Source: a bacterium (lineage in GTDB: Bacteria; Hydrothermota; 32-111). Taken from it: a DNA stretch of 30,105 nucleotides. Positions 16,076 through 26,035 of the stretch are shown here, piece by piece. The notes beneath the pieces are model-generated. The model did no database searches, had not been told where the DNA came from, and worked only from the letters and a program-made list of their open reading frames with translations. The position numbers were made by a program, and so were the translations under genes. Position 1 is the stretch's first letter. Each line of letters opens with the position of its first letter. The stretch lies in assembly GCA_050239825.1 (NCBI GenBank), contig JBFXGO010000033.1, positions 1 to 30,105 of the forward strand, written 5' to 3'.

Positions 16076-18589
16076 ATGGACATCAGCAGGAACAGAATCG
16101 TAGATATTCTCATTGAAGATGAGATGAAATCCTCTTATGTTGATTACGCAATGTCCGTAATCATCGCAAGAGCTCTTCCGGATGTGAGGGACGGGTTGAA
16201 ACCTGTCCATAGGAGAATACTCTTTGCCATGAAGGAGCTCGGACTCTATCACAACAAGCCGTTCAAGAAGTGCGCGGCTGTAGTGGGAGATGTGCTCGGA
16301 AAATACCATCCCCACGGAGACCTCGCCGTTTATGATTCAATGGTGAGAATGGTTCAGGATTTTTCTCTCCGCTATCCGATGATAAATGGTCAGGGAAATT
16401 TCGGTTCTGTTGACGGAGACAGCGCCGCGGCTTACAGATACACAGAAGCTAAGCTTGCAAAGATAGCCGAAGAGATGCTTGTCGACATAGACAAGGATAC
16501 AGTTGATTTCATGCCGAACTTTGACGGCTCTTATGATGAGCCCACGGTGCTTCCGTCAAAGATTCCCAATCTACTCGCCAATGGAGCGTCGGGAATAGCA
16601 GTCGGAATGGCTACAAACATACCGCCTCACAATCTCAACGAACTCATTGACGGAATAATAGCATATATAAACAACACAGAGATAACCACAGAAGGTTTGA
16701 TGAAGTTTATAAAGGGTCCGGATTTCCCGACAGGCGGAATCATCCAGGGAGTTTCAGGCATCAGAAAGGCTTATGAAACCGGAAAGGGACAGATAACAAT
16801 CAAGGGAAAAGTGAAATTTGAAACAAAGAAGAATGAGAGGGAGCAGATAGTCATAACGGAGATTCCATATCAGGTGAACAAAACCAACCTGATAGAGAAG
16901 ATAGCAGACCTTGTAAATCAGAAGGTGATAGAGGACATCGCAGACATAAGGGATGAGAGCGACAGGGACGGCATGCGCATAGTTATTGTTCTGAAAAAGA
17001 ATGCGGAGAGGTCTGTTGTGCTGAATCAGCTCTACAAGCATACGACATTGAAATCATCATTCTCGATTATGCTGATATGCCTTGTAAGAAATCAGCCGAA
17101 AGTGCTGACATTAAAGGATATCATTGTAAATTATGTGGCGCACCGTGAACAGGTGATAAAGAGGCGCACTCAATTTGAGATGAGAAAAGCTGAAGAGAGA
17201 GCTCATATAGTCGAAGGCCTCAAGATAGCCGTATCGAATATCGATGAAGTGGTAAAGATAATCAAAACAGCATCCGATATTGCGGATGCAAGCGCAAAAC
17301 TGCAGAAAAGATTCTCCCTAACGGAAATACAGGCAGGCGCAATTCTGGACATGAAGCTGTCACGGCTCACAGGCCTCGAAAGGTCCAAACTTGATGCAGA
17401 GTATGAAGAGCTTATTAAGCTCATTGAAAAGCTGAAATTCATTTTATCGAGCGAAAAGAACATACTGGCCGTTGTAAAGGATGAGCTTCTGCAGGTAAAG
17501 AAGGAGTATGGCGACGAGAGACGCACAGAGATAGTTCTTTCAGAGGATGAGGACTTTGAAGTAGAAGACCTTATAGCCGATGAGAATGTAATAGTGACAA
17601 TAACGCATCAGGGATACATAAAGAGACAGTCCATAAGCGCGTACAGAAAGCAGGGGCGCGGAGGAAAAGGTATAATAGGCCTTACAACCAAGGATGACGA
17701 TTTTGCCGAAAATCTCTTTGTGGCTTCCACGCACCAGTATATTCTCTTCTTTACAACAAAGGGAAAGGTCTACTGGCTGAAGGTTTTCCAGATACCTGAG
17801 GGAGGACGCACATCCAAAGGGCGCGCCATAGTAAATCTTCTCGAACTTGAGAAGGGCGAGGAGATAAGGGGCAGTGTTCCCGTAAGGGATTTTGACGACA
17901 AGCATTTTGTATTCATAATAACGAAAAACGGAACAGCGAAGAAGACCGATCTGACAGCATTCTCCAATCCGAGAAAGGGCGGAATAATTGCTATAACGAT
18001 AAATGAGGATGACAATGTCGCAGATGTCGCTCTCACAGACGGAACAAATGATGTGATAATGGTGACAAAGTGGGGAATGGCGATACGATTCAGCGAAGAA
18101 GAGGTGCGGTCAATGGGGCGCGGAGCTGCCGGAGTTAAGGCAATCAGCCTCGACAAAGAGGATGAGGTCATAAGCATGGTAGTGGTAAAGCGCGAATCAG
18201 CACTCTTCATTGCTACTGAAAACGGATTTGGCAAGCGTTCCGACATGAATGAGTACAGAAAGTCCCACAGAGGCGGAAAGGGTGTTATTACAATTAAAAC
18301 AAACGAGAGGAACGGAGCGGTTGTTGACGCAATAGAGGTACTTGAAAATGAAGAACTTCTTTTCATAGCCCAGTCCGGACAGATGATGCGCATTTCGGTT
18401 AATGACATGCGAGTAATAGGAAGAAACACGGGCGGCGTGAGACTCATGAATCTGGCGGAGAATGACAAACTGATAGATGTTGCCATAGTGGCGGACGAAA
18501 ATATCAACGGAGCATCTGCTAACGGAGCTTTGGAGACTGATGACTCTTCAGCAGATGAAGAGGTAAATGAGGAGGGTGATGGACAGTAG
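16076..18589 (+). CDS. gyrA: DNA gyrase subunit A
   Basis: [22 protein letters not shown], catalytic Tyr122 (RYTEA), GyrA-box QGRGGKG, beta-pinwheel repeats, acidic tail. Confidence 0.97.
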   Translation: MDISRNRIVDILIEDEMKSSYVDYAMSVIIARALPDVRDGLKPVHRRILFAMKELGLYHNKPFKKCAAVVGDVLGKYHPHGDLAVYDSMVRMVQDFSLRYPMINGQGNFGSVDGDSAAAYRYTEAKLAKIAEEMLVDIDKDTVDFMPNFDGSYDEPTVLPSKIPNLLANGASGIAVGMATNIPPHNLNELIDGIIAYINNTEITTEGLMKFIKGPDFPTGGIIQGVSGIRKAYETGKGQITIKGKVKFETKKNEREQIVITEIPYQVNKTNLIEKIADLVNQKVIEDIADIRDESDRDGMRIVIVLKKNAERSVVLNQLYKHTTLKSSFSIMLICLVRNQPKVLTLKDIIVNYVAHREQVIKRRTQFEMRKAEERAHIVEGLKIAVSNIDEVVKIIKTASDIADASAKLQKRFSLTEIQAGAILDMKLSRLTGLERSKLDAEYEELIKLIEKLKFILSSEKNILAVVKDELLQVKKEYGDERRTEIVLSEDEDFEVEDLIADENVIVTITHQGYIKRQSISAYRKQGRGGKGIIGLTTKDDDFAENLFVASTHQYILFFTTKGKVYWLKVFQIPEGGRTSKGRAIVNLLELEKGEEIRGSVPVRDFDDKHFVFIITKNGTAKKTDLTAFSNPRKGGIIAITINEDDNVADVALTDGTNDVIMVTKWGMAIRFSEEEVRSMGRGAAGVKAISLDKEDEVISMVVVKRESALFIATENGFGKRSDMNEYRKSHRGGKGVITIKTNERNGAVVDAIEVLENEELLFIAQSGQMMRISVNDMRVIGRNTGGVRLMNLAENDKLIDVAIVADENINGASANGALETDDSSADEEVNEEGDGQ

Positions 18590-19544
18590 AGAGCTTCTCT
18601 CTTCGATAAACAAAAGGATAAAAGAGAACATCTCCAGTGTTGTGATAGGCCAGGAGGATGTCATTGAAAGCGTTCTTCTGACTCTCATGTGCAACTCGCA
18701 TTCCATTATAGTGGGAGTGCCGGGTCTTGCGAAAACACTCATTATCAAGCTTCTTTCAAAATCGATAGATGCCTCATACAGCAGAGTTCAATTCACTCCG
18801 GATTTGATGCCTTCCGATATTACCGGCACCATTGTCTTTGACAAGGAGAGAGAGAAGAGCTCCTTTCTCTTTGTAAAAGGACCCATATTCGCCAACATTC
18901 TGCTCGCCGATGAAATAAACAGAACTCCTCCCAAGACTCAATCTGCGCTTCTTCAGGCAATGGAGGAGAGATTTGTCACCGCAGAATCAAAGGAGTACAG
19001 TCTGCCTTCGCCGTTTAATGTGTTTGCAACACAGAATCCCATAGAACAGGAGGGTACATACCCTCTGCCGGAAGCTCAACTTGACAGGTTTATGTTTCAG
19101 ATAGAGATAGATTATCCCTCGTTTGATGCTGAGAAAAGAATTCTCTCCGAAAGGGTCATAAATGAAGAGTTCAAAGTAAAGCAGGGTATTGTAAAACTTT
19201 CGGAAATAATAGCTGCTCAAGCTTATGTGGAGAAGGCGACAGCGGCTTCCAATATACATGAAACGGTTGTTAAGATGCTTAGAAACTCAAGGCCGGATAC
19301 TACAAAGAGCCGAATTGTAAAGGAGTATGTGAAATGGGGTCTCAGTCCGCGCGCCGGAATTTTTCTCATAGCCGCGGCAAAGGCAAAGGCACTGCTTGAC
19401 AACAGGCTGACTCCTGACATGGAAGATCTTAGAAGCCTTGCGTATATAGTTTTCAAGCACAGAATAATTCTCTCATTTAAGGGAGAGATGGAAAACACAG
19501 ACAAGAGAGAAATAATAGATGAAATTATCAAAGAATCTTTTTAG
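18579..19544 (+). CDS. moxR: MoxR-family AAA+ ATPase
   Basis: [65 protein letters not shown]; start uncertain (18567/18576/18579). Confidence 0.92.
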   Translation: MDSRELLSSINKRIKENISSVVIGQEDVIESVLLTLMCNSHSIIVGVPGLAKTLIIKLLSKSIDASYSRVQFTPDLMPSDITGTIVFDKEREKSSFLFVKGPIFANILLADEINRTPPKTQSALLQAMEERFVTAESKEYSLPSPFNVFATQNPIEQEGTYPLPEAQLDRFMFQIEIDYPSFDAEKRILSERVINEEFKVKQGIVKLSEIIAAQAYVEKATAASNIHETVVKMLRNSRPDTTKSRIVKEYVKWGLSPRAGIFLIAAAKAKALLDNRLTPDMEDLRSLAYIVFKHRIILSFKGEMENTDKREIIDEIIKESF

Positions 19545-20703
19545 TGTCTTTTTTCTTATTCTGCTTTTTGCATCATTGGTTTATGCGGAAGAGGATTTTG
19601 ACTACAAGATAAAAGAGAATGAGACCAAGCTCTCCGATATAAAACGGCAGCTTCAACTAATAAAAACAAAAAAGGATTCCTTGAAGGCTGAGGAGACTCA
19701 GACTCTTCTCACTCTCAACAGAATGGATGAGGAGATTTATCTGACCGATCTTCTTATAAAACAGCTTGAAAAGAGAAACACTCTGCTGACTCTAAAAGTG
19801 GATACGCTCTCAAAAGAGATTCTATCTCTTGAAGCGGATTTAGCAAAGAGGCGGGAGGTTCTTAAAGTGAGGGTGAGGGACATTTACAAGAGGGGAAAGA
19901 TAAATACATTTGAACTGATATTTACGGCAGAATCTTTTGCAGACCTCTCTCAAAGGGTGAAGTATCTCTCTGTGATTGCAAAACAGGATAAAAGACTCTA
20001 TGACAAAGTAAAAAAACTGCAGATGCTTTTGACTCAGAGAATGAAAGACATAAAAACATCGAGTGAAGACCTTGTTAAAGTCAAAGGTGAAGTGGAAGCC
20101 GAGAAATCAAAACTTCAAAACGACATTGACACAAAGAAGAGGTTCCTTAAACAGCTTTCGTCGGAACAGCAGAAACAAACGAACATTGAGAGCGAACTTA
20201 AAAGGTCTGAGGAATCTCTGCAGTACCTTATAAACAAACTTAGAGTGGCTCAAAAGAAGATAGATAAGAAGAGAGATGTAAAAGAGGGATCTCACTACTT
20301 TGACAAGAACAGGGGCAAAATTATATGGCCTGCTTCAGGAAAAATAATCTCAGGATTCGGAACCGTGAGGCATCCGAAGTATCAGACAAAAACATTAAAC
20401 AACGGAATAGACATACTTGTCTCGATAGGAGACCCGATATTTGCGGTTTATGACGGTGATGTGATTTATGCGGACAAGTTTTTAGGATACGGGAATGTGA
20501 TAATGATAGACCATGGCAACGGATACTACACACTCTATTCGCATCTATCGTCAATCGATGTAGTAATAAATCAGCCGGTTTTGATGGGTGAAGTTATAGG
20601 GAAGGGCGGAGACACCGGCTCACTCTCCGGACCCATGCTGCATTTTGAAGTGAGAAAGGACGGAAAGCCCCTTAATCCGACAAACTATTTAAAGAAGAAA
20701 TAA
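19519..20703 (+). CDS. envC: EnvC-like coiled-coil/M23 murein hydrolase activator (degenerate LytM site)
   Basis: Signal peptide; long coiled coil; WPASGKI..FG; NNGIDI and MLHFEVR lack the Zn-binding His residues of HxxxD and HxH. Confidence 0.8.
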   Translation: MKLSKNLFSVFFLILLFASLVYAEEDFDYKIKENETKLSDIKRQLQLIKTKKDSLKAEETQTLLTLNRMDEEIYLTDLLIKQLEKRNTLLTLKVDTLSKEILSLEADLAKRREVLKVRVRDIYKRGKINTFELIFTAESFADLSQRVKYLSVIAKQDKRLYDKVKKLQMLLTQRMKDIKTSSEDLVKVKGEVEAEKSKLQNDIDTKKRFLKQLSSEQQKQTNIESELKRSEESLQYLINKLRVAQKKIDKKRDVKEGSHYFDKNRGKIIWPASGKIISGFGTVRHPKYQTKTLNNGIDILVSIGDPIFAVYDGDVIYADKFLGYGNVIMIDHGNGYYTLYSHLSSIDVVINQPVLMGEVIGKGGDTGSLSGPMLHFEVRKDGKPLNPTNYLKKK

Positions 20704-21707
20704 TGTTTGAAAATATAGCTGGCCACAAAAATATCAAAGAGTATCTTGAAAAAGCATTGAAAGAGAACCGGTGCGCCCATGCATATTTGTTTGCTGGAGC
20801 TCCGAGGGTTGGTAAATTCTCTATGGCTCTCGAATTCGCATGCCAAATAATGGGAGAGAAATTCAGAAAGGATATATACTTGTTCAGGCATCCTGATTTT
20901 GTAGTTGCATTCCCGTTTCTAAAGAAAGATGTTAAACTTTCGGACACTTACCTCAATGCGCTTTCTTTGCTATTGCAGGAGAAATTAGGGAAGAGCAAAG
21001 AAAGAACAAATCTCTTCTCTTATTCGGGAAACGAGACTATACCAGTCGATGTTGTGAGGGAGATTATTCAGGTAGCCTCGTCAAAAACATACATTTCGGA
21101 AAAGAGAGTTGTTATTGTTAAGAATGCCGAGATGATGAGGAAAGAGGCGGCAAATACATTTTTGAAAATTCTTGAGGAGCCTCCGAAATCGACAATGTTC
21201 ATACTTACTGCAGACAATATCAACGGAGTAATTCCCACAATAGTGTCGAGATGCCAGATTATGAAATTCGGATATCTGAGCGGCGAAGACATTACAAAGC
21301 ATCTTCTCTCTTTGGGAAAATCACCGGAGGAAGTTAAAAGGTTAGTGTATCTGATGGACGGAAGCATGAACGATGCTCTCTGTAGAGGGAGTGTGCTGGA
21401 CAGGGACGAAGTTGTATCAGCTTTTCTTGCCGATGACAGGGAAGCTCTCTTCAAGCTTCTGTTCAAATCTTCAAAAAAACAGGAAGACAAATCCTCTGTC
21501 CTGATATTTCTGAAGATAATCTATAAATATTTAAGCGATTCTCTCCTCTGCGGAGAATCAAAGTTTGAAAGAGAAGAAGCGGAGAGGATAATGGATGAGA
21601 TACTTCTTGCAGAGAGGGATCTTAAACTCAACTTTCAGCCAAACCATGTGGTGAATTACATTTTGGATGCATCATATAAAAAAGATGAGGTGACAAATGT
21701 TCGGTAG
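20703..21707 (+). CDS. holB: DNA polymerase III delta-prime subunit
   Basis: HAYLFAGAPRVGK, HPD, AANTFLKILEEPP, IPTIVSRCQ; precedes ricT. Confidence 0.85.
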   Translation: MFENIAGHKNIKEYLEKALKENRCAHAYLFAGAPRVGKFSMALEFACQIMGEKFRKDIYLFRHPDFVVAFPFLKKDVKLSDTYLNALSLLLQEKLGKSKERTNLFSYSGNETIPVDVVREIIQVASSKTYISEKRVVIVKNAEMMRKEAANTFLKILEEPPKSTMFILTADNINGVIPTIVSRCQIMKFGYLSGEDITKHLLSLGKSPEEVKRLVYLMDGSMNDALCRGSVLDRDEVVSAFLADDREALFKLLFKSSKKQEDKSSVLIFLKIIYKYLSDSLLCGESKFEREEAERIMDEILLAERDLKLNFQPNHVVNYILDASYKKDEVTNVR

Positions 21708-22548
21708 AATAGAATTCAGAGGATACGAGAGGGCTCTCTTTGAGATCCCTACAAACATAGATGTGGAAGAGGGCAGATATGTGATATGCCAACATGAACA
21801 GGGAATGGATATTGGACTGCTTCTGAAAATTTATCCGTATGATTATGAAAAGCCGCTCGGAAAAATCCTGAGGAAAGCGACAGACGACGATATGCGTCTG
21901 AAAAGGTCAAATCAGCTGAAGGAGAAGGATTCGTACGAGGCTGCTTTTAAAAAAATTGAGGAAAATAATCTCAACATAAAACTTGTCGACATAGAGATTC
22001 ATTTTGACGGACAGCATATGACCTTCTATTTTATTTCAGAGAGAAGAATTGATTTCAGGCAGTTGGTTAAATCCCTTGCATCATACTTCCACACAAGGAT
22101 AAGAATGAAGCAGATTGGAATAAGGGACCATGCAAAGAGAATCGGAGGATACGGACCGTGCGGACAGGAGATGTGCTGTAAAAGATTTTTAAGCAATTTC
22201 GAGGCAATAACTCTACAGACTCTCAAAGACCAAAACCTCTCTATGACTCCGCAGAAGGTCTCAGGCATGTGCGGCAGGCTCATGTGCTGTCTCATGTATG
22301 AGATGGATTTTTACGATGAAGTCTCCAAAAAATTTCCCCCTCTCAACACCCATGTCTCCATGGAAAAATACGGAGAGGGAAAGATAGTCAAAATAGATAT
22401 TTACAATGACAGAGTCTCTGTCCAGTATGAAAAGGTTGAGGAGAACGGAGGCCTTCTGACACACACTCTTGAAGAGTTCAATTCTTTAAAGAAGAAAAAA
22501 TGGTCGTTTATACCTAAAGTTGAAGAGAAAAATGAGGAGGAGAAATGA
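21697..22548 (+). CDS. ricT: PSP1-domain protein RicT/YaaT
   Basis: RIDFRQLVKSLA, RIRMKQIG.RD, GPCGQEMCC, KVSGMCGRLMCCLMYE. Confidence 0.92.
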   Translation: MFGRIEFRGYERALFEIPTNIDVEEGRYVICQHEQGMDIGLLLKIYPYDYEKPLGKILRKATDDDMRLKRSNQLKEKDSYEAAFKKIEENNLNIKLVDIEIHFDGQHMTFYFISERRIDFRQLVKSLASYFHTRIRMKQIGIRDHAKRIGGYGPCGQEMCCKRFLSNFEAITLQTLKDQNLSMTPQKVSGMCGRLMCCLMYEMDFYDEVSKKFPPLNTHVSMEKYGEGKIVKIDIYNDRVSVQYEKVEENGGLLTHTLEEFNSLKKKKWSFIPKVEEKNEEEK

Positions 22549-24566
22549 CAAGGTACATGGTGACTGCCGCTCTGCCGTATGCAAACGGACCCATTCACAT
22601 AGGACACCTTGCAGGCTGCTATCTCCCTGCGGATATATTTGTCAGATATATGAAACTTAAGGGTGAAGATGTTTTATTTATCTGCGGGTCAGATGAACAT
22701 GGGGTGCCGATTACCATAAAAGCAGAGGAGATGAAGAAGACTCCTCAACAGGTGGTAGATTATTACCATGACATAATGGAGAAATCATTCAGGGAATTTG
22801 GAGTGGAGTTTGACAATTTTTCCAAGACATCCATTTCTCTTCACCATAAAAATGCGCAGGAGTTTTTTTTAAAGCTCAATGAAAAGGGCTATATATCAAA
22901 AAAGATTGAAAAACAGTATTTTTGCGAGAAATGCAGGAGATTCCTTCCTGACAGGTATGTGGAGGGCACATGTCCCCACTGCAAATCTGAAGGAGCGAGG
23001 GGAGACCAGTGCGACGCATGCGGCAAAGTAATAGACAATGTGTCATTGATTTCTCCGAAATGCAAACTGTGCGGAGCCAATCCTGTTATCCGCGATACCG
23101 AGCACTTTTATCTTGACCTGGACAAGTTTCAGGACAAACTCAAGGAGTATCTGGAGGGCAGAACTTGGTGGAAAGAAAATGTGAGGGAGTTTTCTCTCGG
23201 TTGGTTGAAGGACGGACTCAAGCCAAGGGCTATAACACGCGACATTGATTGGGGAGTTAAGGTTCCTATTGAAGGGTATGACGGAAAGGTTCTCTATGTC
23301 TGGTTTGACGCCCCCATAGGATATATATCATCAACGATGGAATATTTCAACAGACAGAACAAACCTGATGAATGGAAAAAATGGTGGACAGATGAGAATT
23401 CTAAGGTTATTCATTTTCTTGGAAAGGATAATATTGTATTTCATGCTGTCATCTGGCCTGCGATGCTGATGGGAATGGGAGGCTATAATCTGCCTTTTGA
23501 CATACCCGCAAACGAGTATCTCAATCTTGAGGGAAAGAAACTCTCAACATCAAGAAACTGGGCTGTGTGGCTTGACGATTATCTGACACGGCACAAACCG
23601 GATGTTCTGAGATATGCTCTGGCATCAACTCTGCCGGAATCGAAGGACACGGATTTCTCATGGACAGAACTTCAGCAGAGGAATAACGGAGAACTTGCCG
23701 ACATTTACGGCAACTTCATAAACAGAACAATTCAATTTATAACAAAGTACAACAACGGTTTGGTGTCGGAAAATCCCTCTCTCAAAGATGAGGACAGGGA
23801 TTTTTTGGATTTGATTAACGGCAAAATATCAGTCATCGGAAAATCGATTGAAGATTATTCAATAAGAAAAGCCGCTTATGAATTCATGGACATTGCAAGA
23901 GAGGCAAACAAATACTTCACGGTGCAGGAGCCTTGGGTTCTTGGCAAGAAAGACAGAGAGCGTCTCGGTACTGTTCTTTATGTCTGCATGAAGGCAGTGA
24001 CAGCGCTTGCGTGCGCCGGAGAACCATTTATACCCTTTGCATCAAAGAAACTGCAGAAATTCCTCTCAATAGACCGATTTACATGGGACTCAATAGGCGG
24101 TATAGAGCCACCGAAGAATATTGCGGGAAAGGAGCTTGAAATTCTTTTTGTTAAAATTGAGGACTCTGTCATTGAAGATGAAAAATCCCGGCTCGGCAGA
24201 AAGAATGAACAGCAAATTGAAAATAAAACAGTATCAGATGAAATCGCAATAGAGGATTTTAAAAAAGTCGCTCTTGTCGTAGCAAAGGTTTTAAAGGCAG
24301 AAAAGGTTCAGGGAGCAGACAAGCTCTTAAAACTCTCACTTGACCTCGGAACTGAAAAGCGCGAGATAGTTGCCGGAGTTGCTCTCCACTATAAACCGGA
24401 AGAATTGGAGAACAGAAAGATTGTCATAGTGAAGAATCTGAAACCTGCAAAACTACGCGGAATAATGTCGCAGGGAATGCTTCTTGCGGCATCGAGCAGT
24501 GACAAGAGCAGAGTTAAAATTCTCTTTCCGGACGAATCATGCGAACCCGGCGATACTATTGGCTAA
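22545..24566 (+). CDS. metG: methionyl-tRNA synthetase with C-terminal tRNA-binding domain
   Basis: ALPYANGPIHIGH, four CxxC knuckle motifs, YVWFDA, KLSTS, C-terminal ADKLL...NLKPAKLRG..SQGMLLAA. Confidence 0.97.
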   Translation: MTRYMVTAALPYANGPIHIGHLAGCYLPADIFVRYMKLKGEDVLFICGSDEHGVPITIKAEEMKKTPQQVVDYYHDIMEKSFREFGVEFDNFSKTSISLHHKNAQEFFLKLNEKGYISKKIEKQYFCEKCRRFLPDRYVEGTCPHCKSEGARGDQCDACGKVIDNVSLISPKCKLCGANPVIRDTEHFYLDLDKFQDKLKEYLEGRTWWKENVREFSLGWLKDGLKPRAITRDIDWGVKVPIEGYDGKVLYVWFDAPIGYISSTMEYFNRQNKPDEWKKWWTDENSKVIHFLGKDNIVFHAVIWPAMLMGMGGYNLPFDIPANEYLNLEGKKLSTSRNWAVWLDDYLTRHKPDVLRYALASTLPESKDTDFSWTELQQRNNGELADIYGNFINRTIQFITKYNNGLVSENPSLKDEDRDFLDLINGKISVIGKSIEDYSIRKAAYEFMDIAREANKYFTVQEPWVLGKKDRERLGTVLYVCMKAVTALACAGEPFIPFASKKLQKFLSIDRFTWDSIGGIEPPKNIAGKELEILFVKIEDSVIEDEKSRLGRKNEQQIENKTVSDEIAIEDFKKVALVVAKVLKAEKVQGADKLLKLSLDLGTEKREIVAGVALHYKPEELENRKIVIVKNLKPAKLRGIMSQGMLLAASSSDKSRVKILFPDESCEPGDTIG

Positions 24567-25344
24567 TCCGTTTACAGATACTCACACCCACCTTCAGATG
24601 GAGGAATTCAATTTCAAGGCGAACAGAGAGTCTCTCTGTTCGGAGATGATAAAAAACAACCTCTTAATTGTAAATGATGTCGGATATGATCTGAAAAGCA
24701 GTGCCGATGCCCTTGATATTGAACTTGGCGACGGATTCGAACATTATGCTTTTGCGGGTGTTCATCCGCATTATTCTGAGAAGACACTTGACTGCGAGAT
24801 TGAAAAGCTTGAAGAGCTTCTTAAAAAGGGCAGATTCTCTGGAGTCGGAGAGGTTGGAATCGACAGGTGGTGGCACAAAGATGAGGCTGTAATAAAACGG
24901 CAGAAAGATGTTTTTGAAATGCAGCTGGATATTGCCTCCCGCCTCTCTCTTCCTGTAATGCTTCATGTAAGAAATGCATACGATGAGGCATTCGAAATTT
25001 TAAAAGGATATAAAAACCTCACCGTGGAATTTCATTCTTTCACGGGAACAAAAGAAGAGCTTGAGCATATCTGCGACAACGGCTACTATTTCGGAATCAA
25101 TGGGGTAATTACATTTAAAAATACTCATCTGAGAGAGAGTCTCAGCAGGGAGCATTTAAACCTCCTTCTCATAGAATCGGATGCTCCATACCTCTCTCCT
25201 GTTCCCTACAGAGGTAGAAGAAATATGCCGTATTATATAGTGGAAACATACAAGGCTATATCATCCATTCTCGATATTGACCTTGAAAAACTGAAAGAGA
25301 CTGTCAGATATAATTTTTATGATTTCATCTCGAAAGAATACTAA
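24559..25344 (+). CDS. tatD: TatD-family nuclease
   Basis: DTHTHL, GVHPH, GEVGID, LHVRNA, FHSF, ESDAPYLSP.PYRGRRN; probable TTG start 24559. Confidence 0.9.
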   Translation: MANPFTDTHTHLQMEEFNFKANRESLCSEMIKNNLLIVNDVGYDLKSSADALDIELGDGFEHYAFAGVHPHYSEKTLDCEIEKLEELLKKGRFSGVGEVGIDRWWHKDEAVIKRQKDVFEMQLDIASRLSLPVMLHVRNAYDEAFEILKGYKNLTVEFHSFTGTKEELEHICDNGYYFGINGVITFKNTHLRESLSREHLNLLLIESDAPYLSPVPYRGRRNMPYYIVETYKAISSILDIDLEKLKETVRYNFYDFISKEY

Positions 25345-26035
25345 AAGCAGAGTGCGGTTTTCCCAGCATTTTCTAAATGATGCAAATGTTCTAATCAGAA
25401 TAAGCGAAAATTTAACTGACATTTCGGGGAAAACAGTTGTTGAAGTGGGTCCGGGAAGAGGAGCTCTCACGAGGGTTATTTCGGAAAAACAGCCGAAGAG
25501 TCTAATTCTTATCGAGAAGGACCCGTCTATGGCTGAAAATTTGAAAAAGATGTTTGAAAAGATTGAAATAGTGAACATTGACGCGCTGGATTATGAGTTG
25601 AAATCTGAGATATTTGTTTCCTCAGTGCCTTACAGCGTGACGCGTGAAATACTTCTTCTTCTATGCAGGTCAAACAGCATAAAAACTGCTTTCCTCATAA
25701 TTCAAAAAGAGGTGGCGGAAAAAATAACCAATGAAAAACCGCTTCCCATATCTGTCTATGTAAGGAGATTCTTTTCCGCTGAAAAAATATTTGATATTAA
25801 AAAGAATTCATTTACCCCGCCGCCGAATGTTATCTCATCATTTGTGAAACTTAAAAGGAAACGAATGTATGAAAGTATGTGCGGAGAGTACTGGAATTTT
25901 CTGACCCTTACATTCAGCAGAAAAAACCGTTTGGCAAAAGGATTCGGTGAAGAGTATGCAGGAAAGAGAATTTATGAATTGAGCGAAGATGACCTATGGA
26001 GAATTTATGCTGACAAGCACATTCATACACATTGA
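25319..26035 (+). CDS. rsmA: 16S rRNA dimethyladenosine transferase KsgA/RsmA (divergent)
   Basis: SQHFL, VEVGPGRGALT, IEKD, QKEVAEK, FTPPPNV; conserved position after tatD. Confidence 0.8.
   Translation: MISSRKNTKSRVRFSQHFLNDANVLIRISENLTDISGKTVVEVGPGRGALTRVISEKQPKSLILIEKDPSMAENLKKMFEKIEIVNIDALDYELKSEIFVSSVPYSVTREILLLLCRSNSIKTAFLIIQKEVAEKITNEKPLPISVYVRRFFSAEKIFDIKKNSFTPPPNVISSFVKLKRKRMYESMCGEYWNFLTLTFSRKNRLAKGFGEEYAGKRIYELSEDDLWRIYADKHIHTH

Noticed and set aside
17770..18507. 245-aa antisense ORF inside gyrA, and similar antisense ORFs such as 679-981, 17203-17526 and 21068-21490
   Set aside because: Shadow frames of well-conserved genes, with Ser/Ile/Phe-rich composition typical of reverse-complement codons
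16076..18589. parC instead of gyrA
   Set aside because: An intact GyrA-box (QGRGGKG), full-length C-terminal pinwheel and acidic tail indicate gyrase
19519..20703. Active M23 endopeptidase or pseudogene
   Set aside because: Loss of the Zn ligands is the normal state of EnvC-type activators, and the ORF is intact
2105..26006. Long N-terminal extensions in the ORF track (starts 2105, 2890, 7759, 8130, 9145, 15230, 24484, 25989) as real overlaps or frameshift fusions
   Set aside because: Downstream starts with SD sites, stop/start coupling or family-typical N-termini fit better; no slippery-site evidence
25319..26035. Erm macrolide-resistance methylase call
   Set aside because: Position after metG-tatD and the QKEVA and FTPPP motifs favour KsgA; no leader peptide or mobile context
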